Positions 61,394-64,000 of a DNA stretch of 64,000 nucleotides are shown here, piece after piece. This stretch comes from an uncultured Eubacterium sp. GTDB taxonomy: Bacteria > Bacillota > Clostridia > Lachnospirales > Lachnospiraceae. The stretch is from NCBI GenBank assembly GCA_964620885.1, contig CAZUKR010000002.1, forward strand, positions 3,621 to 67,620, written 5' to 3'. The notes below the pieces were generated by a model. It searched no databases. It was not told the origin of the DNA and saw only the letters and a program-made list of their open reading frames with translations. A program made the translations under genes and the position numbers. Numbering within the stretch: position 1 is the stretch's first letter; every line of letters begins with the position of its first letter.

Positions 61394-64000
61394 ATGAAAA
61401 AGCTTCGGTATTCTACCGGACTAAAAATAACAGCGGTAGTTGTCCAGCAGATTCTATTTGTAGTATTGGTAATATCCATATTGCTGGTAACAACGCTTTT
61501 TCAGAAGAATATACTGAATTTTGGAGATGTCAAAAACAAATCATTTCAAGATTCAGCATATTTTGTGTCTCTTTTTGAGAAATCAACAGAGGACATATTG
61601 AATTTTGTGGATTATCGCAGGAAATTTGAGACGGCCGGCAGCTATGATTCAGAGAAGCTGATTGATATTAGAAAATACTATAGGAGCCAGGGAAAGCAGG
61701 GCGAAGTGCTTTTGGACAAGAATACAGAAGGAAATCTATCTGGATATTACAATCTGGGAGATTTGGTAGAGTGGGGCAGAGATTACACTACAGCCAATTA
61801 CCAATTTTCTTCCTCCTGCTATATAGATAGTGTCATTCATCAGAAACAGACCATAACCAAAGGTGGAAGCCAGTTATTTGATCAGGAAAAAAGCATTGAA
61901 AGCCTTAGTGATATGAGCATAGAACTGCAGGAAAATATTATTTCCAGTGTAGAACATTATTATGGAGGTTCTTATGAAGTTTTTTCAAAAGAGCAGACAG
62001 AAATTGCGGAAGAAGAACAGGATCGGTCAGGCAGCAATAATGCAACAGAAGCAGGTGCGGTAGAAGAAACGGAACAGCTAAACGATATTATCAAGAGAGT
62101 AATCGACGGTGAACTGTATAAATTAGACGGGCATGAGCTGGGTCTTCTGCTACGGGATATGGGAATGGAAACTCTGGATCATACGTCGAATTACGATTTT
62201 GTAGAGGAAGAATATTTTCCGGTAGGCGGGAAAGGAATCTGGAGCAATTTTATTCAGGAAAATTTTTCGGAAGCTGAGATGCAGAATGAATATGAAGCAT
62301 TGGAATATACACTGGAAAATATAGGGCAGGAAGTAAATACTTACAAGAAATGCCTGAATCAATACAATCTGGGAGAAGAAGGAAGTAATGTATATTACTG
62401 GATAAAAAAGGGAAATGAAGACAAAATATATACCAATATAGCAATGGAAGAAGAAGGCATTCAGGATTTGACAGAATACGGGAAGAAAATGGGAAAGTAT
62501 TTCTTTTACCGGGAGACGGATATGCGTCTGGAAAGCAATGTAAAAGGAATGGAAGATATTTTCTATAATCAGATTGAGCAGACATCCGGCGGAAAAGATA
62601 ACATTTTATTTGTCTGCGTAAACACATCATTTCCTCATGCAGATAGTTTTTATGAGGCGAAGCAGGAATACAGCACTCTGTATCCGTGGATTTATATCAG
62701 CATTGCTTCCATGGTAATCAGTGCCCTTGGCTGTTTAATATGCTTTATATATTTAAGTACCGTTGCGGGGAAAACAGGTGAGAAGGAAGAGGCGGTTTTA
62801 TGCTGGTTTGACCGAATCCCTACAGAACTGGCATTTATTGGAGCCACAATGTCAGGAATTGCCACCGTTGTTATGTATGGTCAGGTAATGTACCGGTTTG
62901 GCGGAGAAGAGCTGGCAGGACACATGATTATTGCCGGAGTGGTGGCGTTTTTGACTACAGCCTTTTTAATGATATTTTATCTCAGCTTTGTAAGGCGGAT
63001 CCGGGCTGGTGTATTATGGAAAGAAAGCATTACCCACTGGATTATTTCAGGGATTGGAGGGATATTCCAGGCCGGCAGACCATTGGCTAAAATGATAATC
63101 TGGTTTGGAATACATCTTTTGGCCAGTATGATTATAATTCCAATGCTGATAAACGCAGATGAAGTCTGGCAGATGTGGGGCATCGGAGTATTTGTGGGCA
63201 TGAGCCTTGTGGAAGGTGTTTTGATTATACGGGAAGGGGCCCAAAGAAATAAAGTGCTGGAAGGAATAGGGAGTATTTCCAGTGGTGACCTTGAATTTAA
63301 AATTGATGCAGAGGAATTAAAAGGAGATAATAAAAATCTGGCGAAAGCAGTAAATGCTGTTGGTGATGGGTTGTTTCATGCAGTAGATGCCAGCATGAAG
63401 AATGAGAGGCTGAAAGCAGATCTTATTACCAATGTATCTCATGATATTAAGACCCCTCTTACATCCATTATCAATTATGTAGATTTACTGAAGCGGGAAG
63501 ACATACCAAATCAGCGGATTGAGACTTATCTTACGGTGCTGGAACAAAAATCTCAGAGATTGAAACAACTGACAGAAGATCTGGTAGAAGCCTCAAAGAT
63601 TAGCTCGGGAAATTTGGTGCTTCAAATGGAGCGGATTAACTTCGTAGAGCTGGTGTATCAGACAGGCGGAGAATTTAATGAAAAGTTTGAAGCTAAGGGC
63701 TTGACAGCAGTTACGAAGCTGCCCAAAGAACCGGTTGTGATAATGGCCGATGGCAGGAGAATCTGGCGTGTTATAGAAAATCTATACAACAATGTGGCAA
63801 AATATGCCATGGCCAATACCAGGGTATATGTAGATATGGAAATAGAAGAAGAAAAAGCCATATTGTCCATTAAAAATATTTCGGAGAATGCGTTGAATAT
63901 TGCAGCAGATGAACTGACGGAACGTTTTATCCGGGGAGATGTATCCAGAAGTACCGAAGGAAGCGGTCTGGGATTGTCCATTGCCAAGAATCTGACCAAC
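61394..64000 (+). CDS. Sensor histidine kinase, more than 869 aa, runs off the window
   Basis: Same frame from MKKLRYSTGLK to NVSHDIKTPLTSII (H-box), ENLYNNVAKY (N-box) and GSGLGLSIAK (G-box); not in the ORF track, consistent with no stop before the edge. Confidence 0.92.
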   Translation, partial: MKKLRYSTGLKITAVVVQQILFVVLVISILLVTTLFQKNILNFGDVKNKSFQDSAYFVSLFEKSTEDILNFVDYRRKFETAGSYDSEKLIDIRKYYRSQGKQGEVLLDKNTEGNLSGYYNLGDLVEWGRDYTTANYQFSSSCYIDSVIHQKQTITKGGSQLFDQEKSIESLSDMSIELQENIISSVEHYYGGSYEVFSKEQTEIAEEEQDRSGSNNATEAGAVEETEQLNDIIKRVIDGELYKLDGHELGLLLRDMGMETLDHTSNYDFVEEEYFPVGGKGIWSNFIQENFSEAEMQNEYEALEYTLENIGQEVNTYKKCLNQYNLGEEGSNVYYWIKKGNEDKIYTNIAMEEEGIQDLTEYGKKMGKYFFYRETDMRLESNVKGMEDIFYNQIEQTSGGKDNILFVCVNTSFPHADSFYEAKQEYSTLYPWIYISIASMVISALGCLICFIYLSTVAGKTGEKEEAVLCWFDRIPTELAFIGATMSGIATVVMYGQVMYRFGGEELAGHMIIAGVVAFLTTAFLMIFYLSFVRRIRAGVLWKESITHWIISGIGGIFQAGRPLAKMIIWFGIHLLASMIIIPMLINADEVWQMWGIGVFVGMSLVEGVLIIREGAQRNKVLEGIGSISSGDLEFKIDAEELKGDNKNLAKAVNAVGDGLFHAVDASMKNERLKADLITNVSHDIKTPLTSIINYVDLLKREDIPNQRIETYLTVLEQKSQRLKQLTEDLVEASKISSGNLVLQMERINFVELVYQTGGEFNEKFEAKGLTAVTKLPKEPVVIMADGRRIWRVIENLYNNVAKYAMANTRVYVDMEIEEEKAILSIKNISENALNIAADELTERFIRGDVSRSTEGSGLGLSIAKNLTN

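Overview
This 64 kb window is from a low-GC Firmicute chromosome; protein style and gene order point to Clostridia, probably Lachnospiraceae (inference). It looks replication-origin-proximal. The core backbone is rpsF-ssb-rpsR, gdpP-rplI-dnaB, mecA, spore genes (a GH18 hydrolase and cwlD), sua5-LMW phosphatase-upp-dCMP deaminase, a complete atp operon whose c subunit carries a Na+-binding signature, hydE-hydG, ydbS/ydbT and a two-component system running off the right edge. Five accessory features interrupt it. (1) A 9.2 kb exosortase G / Firmicu-CTERM locus sits between rpsR and gdpP, with a processive GT2, two QueD-like T-fold paralogs, a GT2-GtrA fusion and a GT-C-like membrane protein. (2) An ECF sigma/ABC cassette is bounded by a 22-bp direct repeat. 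(3) A MerR + flavin oxidoreductase module is bounded by a different direct repeat and has a textbook 19-bp-spacer MerR promoter. (4) A mobilizable element has decayed by deletion (mobC, WYL regulator and serine recombinase fragments). (5) A non-coding, highly structured ~200-bp repeat family occurs at up to four loci, including a 3-copy tandem array, always immediately 3' of a Rho-independent terminator. No rRNA, tRNA, CRISPR array or intact transposase/integrase was seen. All family calls come from motif recognition by eye; no database searches were run.
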